Sequence record: NC_028950.1 | Direction: 5' to 3' (one strand) | Length of the DNA: 64,000 nt | Shown here: positions 27,537 through 37,300 of the stretch, piece by piece | Layout of the letters: every line of letters begins with the position of its first letter | Position numbering within the stretch: the stretch's first letter is position 1 | Translations under genes and position numbers: made by a program | The notes under the pieces: generated by a model | What the model saw: the letters and a program-made list of their open reading frames with translations, nothing else | Databases searched by the model: none | Told to the model about the DNA's origin: nothing

Positions 27537-28826
27537 TTAAGACGGCAGGCGTTGAACGCCGACCATCACGTAGTTGTTGTTGCCATCGATGATGGCTTGG
27601 TTCGAGCCCAGCTGGTTCGATACGAGGACATAGGCGTAGACCAGTTGGCCATTGACTGTGCCCTTGTAAGCCTTGTAGTGCGACACTCCACCGTTAACCG
27701 GCTTGCCAGCCGAGGTGAATGCCGGGAACAAAGCCGTATCGCTTTCGCCGTTCGAATACTGGACATTGCCCGAGGCGTCCCAGGTAGCGACGTCCTTCGT
27801 TGCGCAGTCTTGGTATTCGTCGAATTGCTTGCCGGCGAGTTCCGTCGGATCGGTGACTTCGGTCATGTCGGTCGATGCGAACACATACTGACCCATCGAC
27901 TGACCATTGTTCGAAGCACACAGCATGCCCACACGGTTGCCCAGAGTGGAGATGACGCCCGTGAACGAACCCGCATCGGTAAACGACGTCACGTTGCCGT
28001 TTGCGTCGATGGCGGCCTTAGCCGACAGCGAACCGCGATTCGGGTCAGTGATAGCGATACCGAACGTGTTGTCCAGGTTGATTGCCGAACCCATGGAGAA
28101 CGTCGTTGCGCTCGGCGTGGTGAACGCCGTGGCCGAGAACGCTTGCTTGGTGAGCGAAGTGTCCGTGGTTGCAACCTTCGTCGACACGTCCGACTGAGTC
28201 AGACCGGCGGCCTTGAGAGCCGTCGCATACTGATCCAGCAGTGCGTCGTTTGCGTCACCCTTCACCGCGCCGAACGTGGAGTTGATGGGGTTGAAGTCCG
28301 AAGCCAGTTGCAGCTGGCCGGGCAGCGTAGCGATTGCAGCCTTGACCTTCGTGAGCGAAGTAGCCAGCTTGTCCGAGGTGATGTTCCCCGTGAGCGAGCC
28401 TGCCGTTGCGCCGTTGAAGAAGGCTTCCGGAGCCTGACCAGCCATTGCACCGACCACCGCATCCGTGAGCGGAGTGATGTTCGACGTACCCGGAGCCGGA
28501 GCTACCGAATAAAGGGCCTGGGAAAGGGCCTGGCCGTTCGCCTGACCGCCCGTGACTTGCAGGACACACGGATAGTCATCTGCGCTCGCCGTGACCGTGT
28601 AGAGGCCGCTGGCGTCCGTCGTAGCGGTATGCGTATCACCCGTTACGCACTTGAAGGTGACGGTGCCGCCCACGATGGGTGCGCCGATTGCTGCCGTACC
28701 GCGCGTGACGACTTGAGGTTGTTGATTGCTGGCGCTCGACGGATTGCTCGAACCACCACCGCCGCCACCACAGGCGGAGAGAACGAGTGCCGATGCGATG
28801 ATAGCGGCGATTTGAATCTTTTTCAT
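27537..28826 (-). CDS. Burkholderiales-type lipoprotein (carboxypeptidase-regulatory-like N-domain)
   Basis: Signal peptide II 'MKKIQIAAIIASALVLSA|C', poly-Gly/Ser linker, then 'GTAAIGAPIVGGTVTFKC...TTDASGLYT...PCVLQV...NITPLT'. Confidence 0.8.
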   Translation of the reverse strand: MKKIQIAAIIASALVLSACGGGGGGSSNPSSASNQQPQVVTRGTAAIGAPIVGGTVTFKCVTGDTHTATTDASGLYTVTASADDYPCVLQVTGGQANGQALSQALYSVAPAPGTSNITPLTDAVVGAMAGQAPEAFFNGATAGSLTGNITSDKLATSLTKVKAAIATLPGQLQLASDFNPINSTFGAVKGDANDALLDQYATALKAAGLTQSDVSTKVATTDTSLTKQAFSATAFTTPSATTFSMGSAINLDNTFGIAITDPNRGSLSAKAAIDANGNVTSFTDAGSFTGVISTLGNRVGMLCASNNGQSMGQYVFASTDMTEVTDPTELAGKQFDEYQDCATKDVATWDASGNVQYSNGESDTALFPAFTSAGKPVNGGVSHYKAYKGTVNGQLVYAYVLVSNQLGSNQAIIDGNNNYVMVGVQRLPS

Positions 28827-28908
28827 TTTCTACGGTCCTTTTCTTATTACGAAAAAACGGGCCTACCCTCGCAGGCCCTGTTGTCAAAAAGTTTTACTGC
28901 TACTGCGA

Positions 28909-29670
28909 TTACGATTGCTTGTTGCCTTGATCGGGTTGATTCAGTTCATGGGCCCGACGTTCAGCGTGCTGCCGGCGTTCACGGCGGCCGTGATGACTGC
29001 CTTGATGACCTTCCTGATTTGCGTGTTGAAACGCACGCGTCATCTGGTTGTCACCTTGCATCGTTTCCGAGTGCGGCTCGCCTACAACTTCGGCTACCGG
29101 AACACGTGCTTCCACCACACGACCTTCAGCGGTCTGAGCAGCGTGTTGTTCTTTCTTCTTCGGGGAATGGCCGGTATGCCAATCCCAACGAACGCCTTCG
29201 CTCGGAGTGGCGACGACTGCCGCCACTTCGTTGACGTCTTCTTCTTCCTGCCACGGACGGAAACCGAAGATGTGATCGAGGACCCTCAGATCCACGATGA
29301 CAGCTGCCGTGATGTTCAGTTCCTTCAAGGCACGTTCGCTCGTGGCCTTAACGGAATAGATGTTCGACCACGGGCCGATCGCGTAGCTGACGGCGATCAG
29401 ATCTTCCTGGTGCGCCTTCACGAAGTACTGCTTGTTGTCGAACGGATCCCGGATGATGACGAACTTGCCAGCGCACAGCTTTTCAGCGTAGTGTGTGGCG
29501 AGTGCCGGAATCTTCATCGAGATCCGGTGGTCGTTGCCGGCGTCGCCATGTTCGTAAACGCTGGCGTAGGCCGACATCAGGGTATTCAGGGGGAGGTCCT
29601 TGACGTCGAGTTCGTCGACGCGGAGAACTTGTTTAACACGTTGGGTCAGATAAGCACGAGTGGTTTGCAT
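28909..29670 (-). CDS. Hypothetical protein with a His/Arg/Gln-rich disordered C-terminus
   Basis: Start MQTTRAY with an AGGAG RBS; 253 aa. Confidence 0.7.
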   Translation of the reverse strand: MQTTRAYLTQRVKQVLRVDELDVKDLPLNTLMSAYASVYEHGDAGNDHRISMKIPALATHYAEKLCAGKFVIIRDPFDNKQYFVKAHQEDLIAVSYAIGPWSNIYSVKATSERALKELNITAAVIVDLRVLDHIFGFRPWQEEEDVNEVAAVVATPSEGVRWDWHTGHSPKKKEQHAAQTAEGRVVEARVPVAEVVGEPHSETMQGDNQMTRAFQHANQEGHQGSHHGRRERRQHAERRAHELNQPDQGNKQS

Positions 29671-29744
29671 GTTGTTTCTCCTAGAGAGATTTTTGCCAAA
29701 AAAGATTTGATTGTCGAACAAAACCGATGAAACAGAAACCCATA

Positions 29745-29778
29745 CATAGATCCTGAGCCTTGCGGCTCAGGATCTATG
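29745..29778. terminator. Perfect 15-bp hairpin with CATA/TATG ends
   Basis: catagatcctgagcc-ttgc-ggctcaggatctatg. Confidence 0.7.
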
Positions 29779-29799
29779 CTGGGGGTACTTCTGCGACTC

Positions 29800-30306
29800 T
29801 TACGAGCCGAACGCCGACGTGAACGTCAGGTTGATGTTGTCACGCAGCTTGCTGAGCTCGCCGCGGCTGTTCTTCGCGCCGTAGGTCGAGAACTTGACGT
29901 TCGTCTGACCGTAGACGTCCTTCTCGCCGTCGACCACGAAGTTGCCCGATTCCTTGTCCAGGACACGGTTCGGGACGCGCTTGTGGCGCTCGAACGAAAC
30001 GTCGAGCACGCTGCGGCCGAGCTCGAACGTCAGTGCGGCCGTGCCGAGATCCTTCGTTTCCTTGAAGCGGCGCTCGACGGCCTTGCTGCCGGCGTGCGTG
30101 GAGCCCAGCACGAAATCGCTGATGTAGTTCTGGTCGTCGATCATCTGTTCGACGTTGCGGCCGTCTTCGGTCGCGATCTCGCGGAACACGGACTTCGTCA
30201 GATCCTTGTCGAGATTGCCCGACGTGTCGACTTTGCCGTCGATCTTGGAGAAGATGCGATCCGAGATCGATTGTGCGCGCGTGTTCAGCTTGAATTGTTC
30301 GCTCAT
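29800..30306 (-). CDS. Conserved hypothetical protein, probably abundant
   Basis: 168 aa, AAGGA RBS, very strong codon bias. Confidence 0.75.
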   Translation of the reverse strand: MSEQFKLNTRAQSISDRIFSKIDGKVDTSGNLDKDLTKSVFREIATEDGRNVEQMIDDQNYISDFVLGSTHAGSKAVERRFKETKDLGTAALTFELGRSVLDVSFERHKRVPNRVLDKESGNFVVDGEKDVYGQTNVKFSTYGAKNSRGELSKLRDNINLTFTSAFGS

Positions 30307-30373
30307 CGCGATGATTCCTTTTTAGAAGTAAGGGTTACTGCGTTTAAAAAGAGACTTCGTTTTCGGCCGCTAG

Positions 30374-30853
30374 TTAATTCCAGCGACCACCTTGGTTGCG
30401 GTTGTTGTTATAACCACCACTGCCTTGATACGACTTCGAACCGTACGATTTCTTCTCGTACGGCTTCGGTGCTTCGACGACGGGTGCAGGACTCGGCGGC
30501 GGAGCAACGTACGGCTTGGCCTGGTTCAGGTTGTACTTCGTGACGAACTTCGCCTTGAAGCCCTTGCTGAAATCCAGGTCAGCATCCGGCATGAAGATGA
30601 ACACGTACTTGCCTTCACGCTGCGTGACGATGGGCATCTTGTACTTGTCCTTCCAGTCTGCCGGAAGTTGTGCTTGATCGAACTTCACGAGCTCATGAAT
30701 CGGCGACGCCGGTTCGATGTAAGTCGCGTTCGATTTGCCGATGGCCTTTTCGAGACCTTCGATCGTGTATTCGTTATCCAGGAATTTGATGATCCCGGAA
30801 GTCGCACCTTTGGTCATTTGTTCCTCAATTGTAAAATTGACCCGTTGACTCAT
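30374..30853 (-). CDS. Hypothetical protein with a Gly/Asn/Tyr/Arg-rich tail
   Basis: 159 aa; GAG RBS; downstream of the 30935 motif. Confidence 0.75.
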   Translation of the reverse strand: MSQRVNFTIEEQMTKGATSGIIKFLDNEYTIEGLEKAIGKSNATYIEPASPIHELVKFDQAQLPADWKDKYKMPIVTQREGKYVFIFMPDADLDFSKGFKAKFVTKYNLNQAKPYVAPPPSPAPVVEAPKPYEKKSYGSKSYQGSGGYNNNRNQGGRWN

Positions 30854-30934
30854 CTCTAAACCAGAGAGGTCGCCATTATTTTTTTACGAGTTCTAAAGCA
30901 GGATTATCAAAGTTTACTCAGGAAACTCATGTGT

Positions 30935-30950
30935 GTAATATGTGGTTGAA
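30935..30950 (-). promoter_or_regulatory. Early promoter-like motif TTCAACCACATATTAC
   Basis: Same length and architecture as the 8158, 10893, 13131 and 51609 motifs. Confidence 0.5.
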
Positions 30951-30965
30951 AATAAATAGAAAGCA

Positions 30966-30998
30966 TAATTCACAGGGGCTTGTGGCCCCTGTGAATTA
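30966..30998 (-). terminator. Hairpin after the protease gene
   Basis: taattcacaggggc...gcccctgtgaatta, 14-bp stem. Confidence 0.7.
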
Positions 30999-31007
30999 GC
31001 GGTCTGA

Positions 31008-31790
31008 TTACAACTTCGGTGTGTTGATCAGTTCGAAGAAGTTACGCTTGGCTTGTGGCGTGTCGCGAACTTCCCAGCCCAGTGCACCCATGAGTGCGCC
31101 GAGCGGAACGGATACCGATTCGTTCGAACCGGGACGCTGACGGATGTTGCGTGCCGATTGACGAACTGAGCCTTCCGTGAAGATCTTGCTTGCGTGGCTT
31201 TCCAGCGACGGCGAGTCGTACTTCGTGGCCATAGCGATGCCAGGCTCGTTCACGTAGTCGAACGTCACCACGTGTTTCATCTCTTTGATGATCCGGCCAC
31301 CGACCTTGTGAGGCATCGAGAAGCAACGAATCGAGAAGCACACGTTTTCACTGCCGTTGTTGATTTGCTTGTCCAGCGCATCGCCATACGGACCCGACGG
31401 AGCCACCGCAGACATGATGCCCACGATCGGACGGCCTTGACCATCCTTGTAGCGATCGAAGTCCAGGTAGATCTTCTTGTGGTGGCAGCAAGCCGATTTT
31501 TCGTCGATGCGCAGGAGACGTTCCACGAACTTGTCGTCCGATTGTCCCGTTTCCTGGTTGGGGTGGCCGTACTCACCACGCAAAACGCCCTTCGACGCCA
31601 TGCGAACGAGATCGCTCGCTTCGGTGAAGAACTTCTTGCCGTAGTTGTAGTCGTAGAACTCACCCTTGTTGTTTGTCATGTTCAGGGCACCCACGATCAT
31701 GTCGTAGTACCCGTCACTGTTTTTCTTGAGCGTGCCAGCAGCGTTCCGACCATTCAGAACCTGACAGCTAAACTCCACGGCGCCTTGCAT
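31008..31790 (-). CDS. Prohead (head maturation) serine protease, phiKZ gp175-like
   Basis: 'RGEYGHP' (His), 'CFSIRCFS' (Ser), 'TFDYVNEPGI', and an SLE at residues 195-197 like the known autocleavage site. Confidence 0.88.
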   Translation of the reverse strand: MQGAVEFSCQVLNGRNAAGTLKKNSDGYYDMIVGALNMTNNKGEFYDYNYGKKFFTEASDLVRMASKGVLRGEYGHPNQETGQSDDKFVERLLRIDEKSACCHHKKIYLDFDRYKDGQGRPIVGIMSAVAPSGPYGDALDKQINNGSENVCFSIRCFSMPHKVGGRIIKEMKHVVTFDYVNEPGIAMATKYDSPSLESHASKIFTEGSVRQSARNIRQRPGSNESVSVPLGALMGALGWEVRDTPQAKRNFFELINTPKL

Positions 31791-31811
31791 CTTTAACCTC
31801 TTTGCGAAAAA

Positions 31812-32534
31812 TTACATACGGAGATATTCTTCGATTTGCTCGACACGCTCCGAGGGATTATTAAGCGCAGCGATAATACCCCGTTGCTGATACGAACCCG
31901 CGATACGGGTAAGCGTCGAGCTGGCCGAGTACTCGATGGTACGAATCGAAGTCGGCACAGATTCTTTTTCGGTGAGGTCGGCTACCGTCTTGACTTCATG
32001 GCGGAAGTACTTCGACCGGTCTTTCGCAAGACGCGTGTTCGTTGCCACAATCAGTTCAGTAATTTCGCACTGTTCCGTGATGTTCGTGCCAGCATGCTTC
32101 ACAGCCGAATCGAACACCTTGCAGCGGTCCAGGTAATTCATGAACCAGGGCACGCGAGCCTTAGCGATGATCTCGGTAAAGATGTGGTAAACGAGACCAC
32201 TGTTCTTCACGAGGTCCATGCTCGGACACACAACCGTATTCTTGTCGAAGTTGTAGAGAACATAAATGTCCCCATCGACGTCAACTTCCGAAATGGATGT
32301 CGGCGTCAGCGGAATGAATGCATTCGTCATGGTGATGAAATAGCGGTTGCCCACAATCCATGCACAAATGCCGATGGTTTTGTTTTCGGATCCGATCGTC
32401 GCGAGTTTGACTTCAACGAAACGCTTGGGGATCATGATCGAGCAAGCATCTGCTGCCATGAGAGCCCCAGTCTTCGTCGTAACGAAACTACGCTTCGCGA
32501 CGTCCGGGTCACGAGTGAGTTTCGTGACGTCCAT
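31812..32534 (-). CDS. Virion RNA polymerase beta-prime C-terminal subunit (phiKZ gp176-like)
   Basis: C-terminus 'SSTLTRIAGSYQQRGIIAALNNPSERVEQIEEYL' aligns by eye with RpoC '[20 protein letters not shown]...LKENV'; sits next to the protease gene. Confidence 0.7.
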   Translation of the reverse strand: MDVTKLTRDPDVAKRSFVTTKTGALMAADACSIMIPKRFVEVKLATIGSENKTIGICAWIVGNRYFITMTNAFIPLTPTSISEVDVDGDIYVLYNFDKNTVVCPSMDLVKNSGLVYHIFTEIIAKARVPWFMNYLDRCKVFDSAVKHAGTNITEQCEITELIVATNTRLAKDRSKYFRHEVKTVADLTEKESVPTSIRTIEYSASSTLTRIAGSYQQRGIIAALNNPSERVEQIEEYLRM

Positions 32535-33967
32535 TAGCCGATTTCGATCTGGTCAGCGAACCAGTCCGCGACGTAGTCGACCACCGCCAGGTTCAGCGCG
32601 TCTTCCGTGCTGATCTGTTCGTTGGCTGCCATCGCTTCGTTCACGCCACGCAGGATGCTGATTGCGTCGGTGTGATTGAACATCGTCAGGCAGACCGCCT
32701 TCATCGCGAGGATATCGATGTCCTTCAGTTCCGGATTGTAGACGCGGGAGATGAACTCTTCTGCGTTGTCCAGAATGCGATTGACGTTGGCGCGGATGAC
32801 TTCGTCGTCCGTGGTACGAACGTAATGGCGGATGAATTCGCCGATGGCGCGACGCACGGAGATCAGCATGCCGCTTTCCGCGTTCTGCTTGGCGAGCGTG
32901 ACTTGATAAGCCCACGCCTGCTTGTACTTCTCCGTACCAGCGACGATGTCTTCGAGGTAGGTCTTGCGATCGCCCGAGATTGCAGCGCCCAGAACCGTCT
33001 CGACGTCACCGCCTTCTTCCATGTAGCGGTCGTACACCGACTTGTTGACGAACACGGTCTTGTTGTCGATCTTCTCGATCAGCTTACCGTGCTTCATCTG
33101 CTGGTTGTTGTACTCCATCGCGATGTAGAGCGCCGCACCCGTGACTTCTTGCAGGTTCTTCAGTGCGAAGGTGTACTTCGAGCTCGACAGGCCGTTCACG
33201 CCCGTGCCTGTCGGAACGCCTTCACCGCCGATCAGCAGGCGGTCTGCGAACAGGTAGGTCGCGAAGTTGCGAGCCGTACCCTTGACGCGATCTGCGCGGA
33301 AATCGTCGTACGTCTTGAACGAAGTCGACTGATGCGCGAACACCGTGTTCCAGACTTCACGGATCAGTTCGATGCCTTCGTTGGCCACGAACTGGTCGAT
33401 AGCCGTATCGTAGGCTTCGGCACCGATCTTCAGCAGACCGAGCATCTGCTCGTCGGTCAGTTCCGGATAGTCCAGCACCAGAGCCTGGTTTTCCTGCGGC
33501 TTGATCGAGGCAAAGCCTTCGAGCTTGTTCACGATGGCCGGAACGTCGAACAGGGGCGAACCCGTGACCATTTCGACCGTGTAGCTGCGAACGCCCGTAC
33601 GCTCGTCGATGTCCAGGACTTCCTTGAGCTTGTTGTGCAGTTCATGCACTGCCGGAATCACGACGGTGGTCGCGAATGCCACGTGGCCAGCCAGAGCCGT
33701 GCCGAGAGCCGATGACGCCGATTCCATGTAGACGTCATGCATGTGTTCTTGCACTTCGCCATCGACAATCTGCGTTTCGTTGCCCTGGTAGATCTGGGCC
33801 GGCAGCTTGTCGATTTCGCTCAGGCAGTCGATTGCGCTGCCCCAGACATGGGTAGCAGCCAGTGCTTCTGCGATCGGCGAACCAGCCTTCGGACGCAGCG
33901 ACACGCCCTTGTCGGCGAGCACGGCCACGAGATCTTTCGAGGAGTTCAGTGCTTCGAGAGTCAGCAT
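32534..33967 (-). CDS. Virion (head) protein, phiKZ gp177-like
   Basis: 477-aa helical protein between the vRNAP subunit genes; synteny. Confidence 0.7.
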   Translation of the reverse strand: MLTLEALNSSKDLVAVLADKGVSLRPKAGSPIAEALAATHVWGSAIDCLSEIDKLPAQIYQGNETQIVDGEVQEHMHDVYMESASSALGTALAGHVAFATTVVIPAVHELHNKLKEVLDIDERTGVRSYTVEMVTGSPLFDVPAIVNKLEGFASIKPQENQALVLDYPELTDEQMLGLLKIGAEAYDTAIDQFVANEGIELIREVWNTVFAHQSTSFKTYDDFRADRVKGTARNFATYLFADRLLIGGEGVPTGTGVNGLSSSKYTFALKNLQEVTGAALYIAMEYNNQQMKHGKLIEKIDNKTVFVNKSVYDRYMEEGGDVETVLGAAISGDRKTYLEDIVAGTEKYKQAWAYQVTLAKQNAESGMLISVRRAIGEFIRHYVRTTDDEVIRANVNRILDNAEEFISRVYNPELKDIDILAMKAVCLTMFNHTDAISILRGVNEAMAANEQISTEDALNLAVVDYVADWFADQIEIG

Positions 33968-33980
33968 GATTTTTGATTCC

Positions 33981-34253
33981 TTACTTGGCGATGACGTTGG
34001 GGTTCACGGCACCGCTTTGGTGTTCGCCAGTACGCACCGACTTGTTGAACTGACCGCTCGGCATGTTACGCAGAGCGCCTTCGAGCTTCTTGTGCACCTT
34101 CATCATGAAGACGCGGTACACGGTGTCGCGAGCAGCCGGCTGACCGAAGAAGTTGCGCACGTTCTCGTTGGTCATCATCGATGCCACGGTGTTACGCGTC
34201 AACTCGGCGCCGTTGGCCAGGATGGCCATGTTGGTTTGCGGAGCGGATTGCAT
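33981..34253 (-). CDS. Small hypothetical protein (90 aa)
   Basis: Start MQSAPQ with an AGGA RBS, downstream of the 34296 hairpin. Confidence 0.65.
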   Translation of the reverse strand: MQSAPQTNMAILANGAELTRNTVASMMTNENVRNFFGQPAARDTVYRVFMMKVHKKLEGALRNMPSGQFNKSVRTGEHQSGAVNPNVIAK

Positions 34254-34295
34254 AATTGTTCCTGTTAAAAAAGATGCTGATTTCTCGACAGACAT

Positions 34296-34324
34296 AAATG
34301 GGAGAGGACTGGCCTCTCCCATTT
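34296..34324 (-). terminator. Hairpin after the vRNAP beta gene
   Basis: aaatgggagagg...cctctcccattt; CATA at 34293-34296. Confidence 0.6.
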
Positions 34325-34335
34325 TTCGTTTCAGA

Positions 34336-37300
34336 TTACGAGTCGTATGCGGCCACTACAAGCTCTGCGCCCTTCATCAGAATGGCAGTGGTCGTGCCAA
34401 CGATGTCAGGCGAATTCACAATACGACGTGCAATCGACGTGTAGCTGAACCGACCGAGGATCTTCGTGCCATCCTCAGCTTTCATGGGTTCCTTGATGAC
34501 CTTGCCGATAATCGACTTCAGCTGGTTCACCAACACGATCTTGTCGCCCACGCCAGCAGGTTCCGGTCCAGTGATGTAAATGCGGATTGCAACAGAATCC
34601 AGAGGAATCGAATTCCCCTTGACCTTGAAGCCCTCATCCACTTCACCAGTTACTACCTTCTTCCCGGCCGACTTCCGACGGTGGCCGATTTCGCGGTCAG
34701 ACGCAGCAACAATCTTCTTGATGCTGTCGGACATGTCCTCTTTGTCGCCGCGATAGAACACCTCGATGCGTTCAACAACGCCGTCGTATTTCGCTTTCGG
34801 AGCTTGAGAGCCGAGGGCTTTCAAACTATCAATGTCCGCCTCATCATAGAGATCGAGACCGGAAGTGATCTCGTCCTGAATGATACACAGAACATCGTCG
34901 TATTTGACTGCTTCGCCGACTTTGATCAGACGAGCAATCGCCTGTTTGAACGACACGATAATCGTTCGCTGTTTTGTCTGTTCCGTCATCAGCATGTCCG
35001 CAAGTTCTTGCGAGATCACGCTAGCATCTTCAATCACGTCAGCAGGTTCGCACAAAGCGAAGTGAGCGTAAGTGCCGTTGCACCACACCACCTGACGAGG
35101 ATTCAGAGTGTCGGGTTTAAAGAAGCCCTTGTTGAAGGTAATTGCATCGCCTTCAATGAACTTCGTACCAGCCTTGAGGTTGGTCACCAGGGTATGCGGA
35201 ATCGTCATGCCGGCGTTCTCGCCGTATTGACGACCAAGCGGATAACCCTTCGTCGTTCCGTCTTCGTACTGGACAGTAATGCCGTGATCGGTAACTTCCG
35301 TCACCTTGCCTTTCTGCTTGGCAGTCACAGCAAACAGTTCGCTCGCACGATGGGGAATCACGCGATCGTATCCAGTCGACAGGATGTTTTCCATCTGACC
35401 AGTCACCGCCACGCCGTGCTCATGCTGAATGGAAATAAAGCCCATCCGCTTCATGTCGTCACGAGTAGCGCCAGGAGACGCCAGAACGCTCGACGAGAAG
35501 ATGGAACTCATGGCGAGATCCTTCTTGTCGGGTTCAACAGGCATACCCAGCGTGTTGGTCAGCTGAGGATTCGGTGCGAGATAGGTATTGATACCCACTT
35601 CACCAGAGTCCTTCGTAGCTTCGGAGATGATGCCGATGTCGTTCTTCCCATATTCGCGGGTAGCGGCAGTCATGGTGTCTTTCGAACGACCACCTGCGCC
35701 AGTGAACGTCACTTCCTCGCGCATCTTCAGATTTGCGATCGGATTGATGTCCTTCACCACGACAATCGACGGATCTTCAGCCAGCGATTGCCAGATGGCA
35801 AAAGGTTTCATCTCAACCGGATAACGGCTCTTGCCCGGGCGTGCGTTGTGAGCGCGCATGGAACGTACCAATTCCTGATAAACCGCACCAGCGATACGTT
35901 CGTAACCCTTGATGCGCATTTCGCTCATGTCGAGTTCCGGACGATGCATGTCGTCCATGAGCAACTCAGTCGCGAAGACGAGAATACCCATGAAGTCAGT
36001 CGGTTCCTTCAGGTGCAACAGCACATCCTTGGTAATCGGATCGACGAACATGTCGCGAGCCAAGGTGATCTCACGCAGAACGCGAGTGCCGCCACCCGTC
36101 GTGTCCAGAACGTTCTGATAAACGCCCGGATGATCGAAGTCCGTGATCGAGAAACCACGAATGATTCGACGGAATTCCTGGAAGCCGCCCAAGAGCAGGC
36201 AAGCAAGACGATCGTTCTTGGAGAAGAGCAACGTTTCGTCGCTGAACACCAGAGCTACTTCGTCAGGCTGTTGTTGAGTACGCGTACCAACCGGCACACG
36301 ACGGGTCTTGATCTTCAGACGCTTGATGAGTTCCGTCAGACCGTAATCCCAGGCGAGAATCATGCCGATCGGCACGTACTTACCCGCGAGTTTGATCTCG
36401 ACGAATTCAGCAGGCATGCCCGACATATCGAGCCCGAGGATTTCTTCCATCTCGCCAAGAGGCTTGACCGTTTCACCTTGGATCAGGTAGAACGAATCGC
36501 CTTCGTAGTAGATGATTTTGCGTTTGTCGGAGATGGCGATCGGAACAAAGCCCTTCTTGATCCAGGGGCCGACCACTTCCATGTTGAAGTTCTCATCGAT
36601 CTTCGAGAGATCGAGATGGAAAACGAACTTTTCCTTTTCCACATTCTGCAGCGTGAACTCTTTGATCTGGTGCGCGAGCGCCGACACAGACCGAGGAGCC
36701 TTGATGTTCATGTGGAAAACGTTTGCAGTCTTGATGTCCGTCACTACGTCGATGGAGTTGTCGAAACCCAAGGACATGACTTCATTGATCAGCCATTGCT
36801 GGTAATCATTGACGGCTTTGCGACTACGGTAGATGAAGAACTTGCCGTAGTAGCTGGTGATTGCAACACGGTTCGGTGCCACCTTACGGATCGGGAAGTC
36901 GCCGCGCTGATTTCGCATTGCATACTTCACGCCGTTAGCAGTGTACGTACCGTCTTCGTTGATTTCCGGGATAGGGAAACGCAGTGTGGTCGGAGCGCCT
37001 TCAACAGGCACGATACGAGCCACGAAGTTCTGGTTCGAACCCTGAATCGTCTCGGTCTTTTCGACTTCGAGGTGATCCAGCATAACGTTCGCACTTTGAA
37101 CGTGCGTGATCATCCTGAGGATGTGTTTGGGCAGCGTGTGCTTGATGTACTTCTGCTGACTCACTTCGATCGAGGAGTGCAGCATCGAACCATCGACAAC
37201 CACTGCGTTGGGAGCAGCGATGTGTTTGGTGTCGACATGAAGCTCATGCGGCTCGATATGCATTGCATCAACGAGCGTGCCCTTCCCACCGAACGGATGG

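Noticed and set aside
28755-28772. ccaccaccgccgccacca microsatellite-like tract
   Set aside because: It encodes the ordinary poly-Gly linker after the lipoprotein Cys with mixed codons, so it is not a phase-variable repeat.
24439-29234. Long shadow ORFs over the sheath, tube and lipoprotein genes (24439-26562, 26495-27457, 27351-29234)
   Set aside because: Antisense or alternate-frame shadows of highly biased genes; one crosses a terminator.
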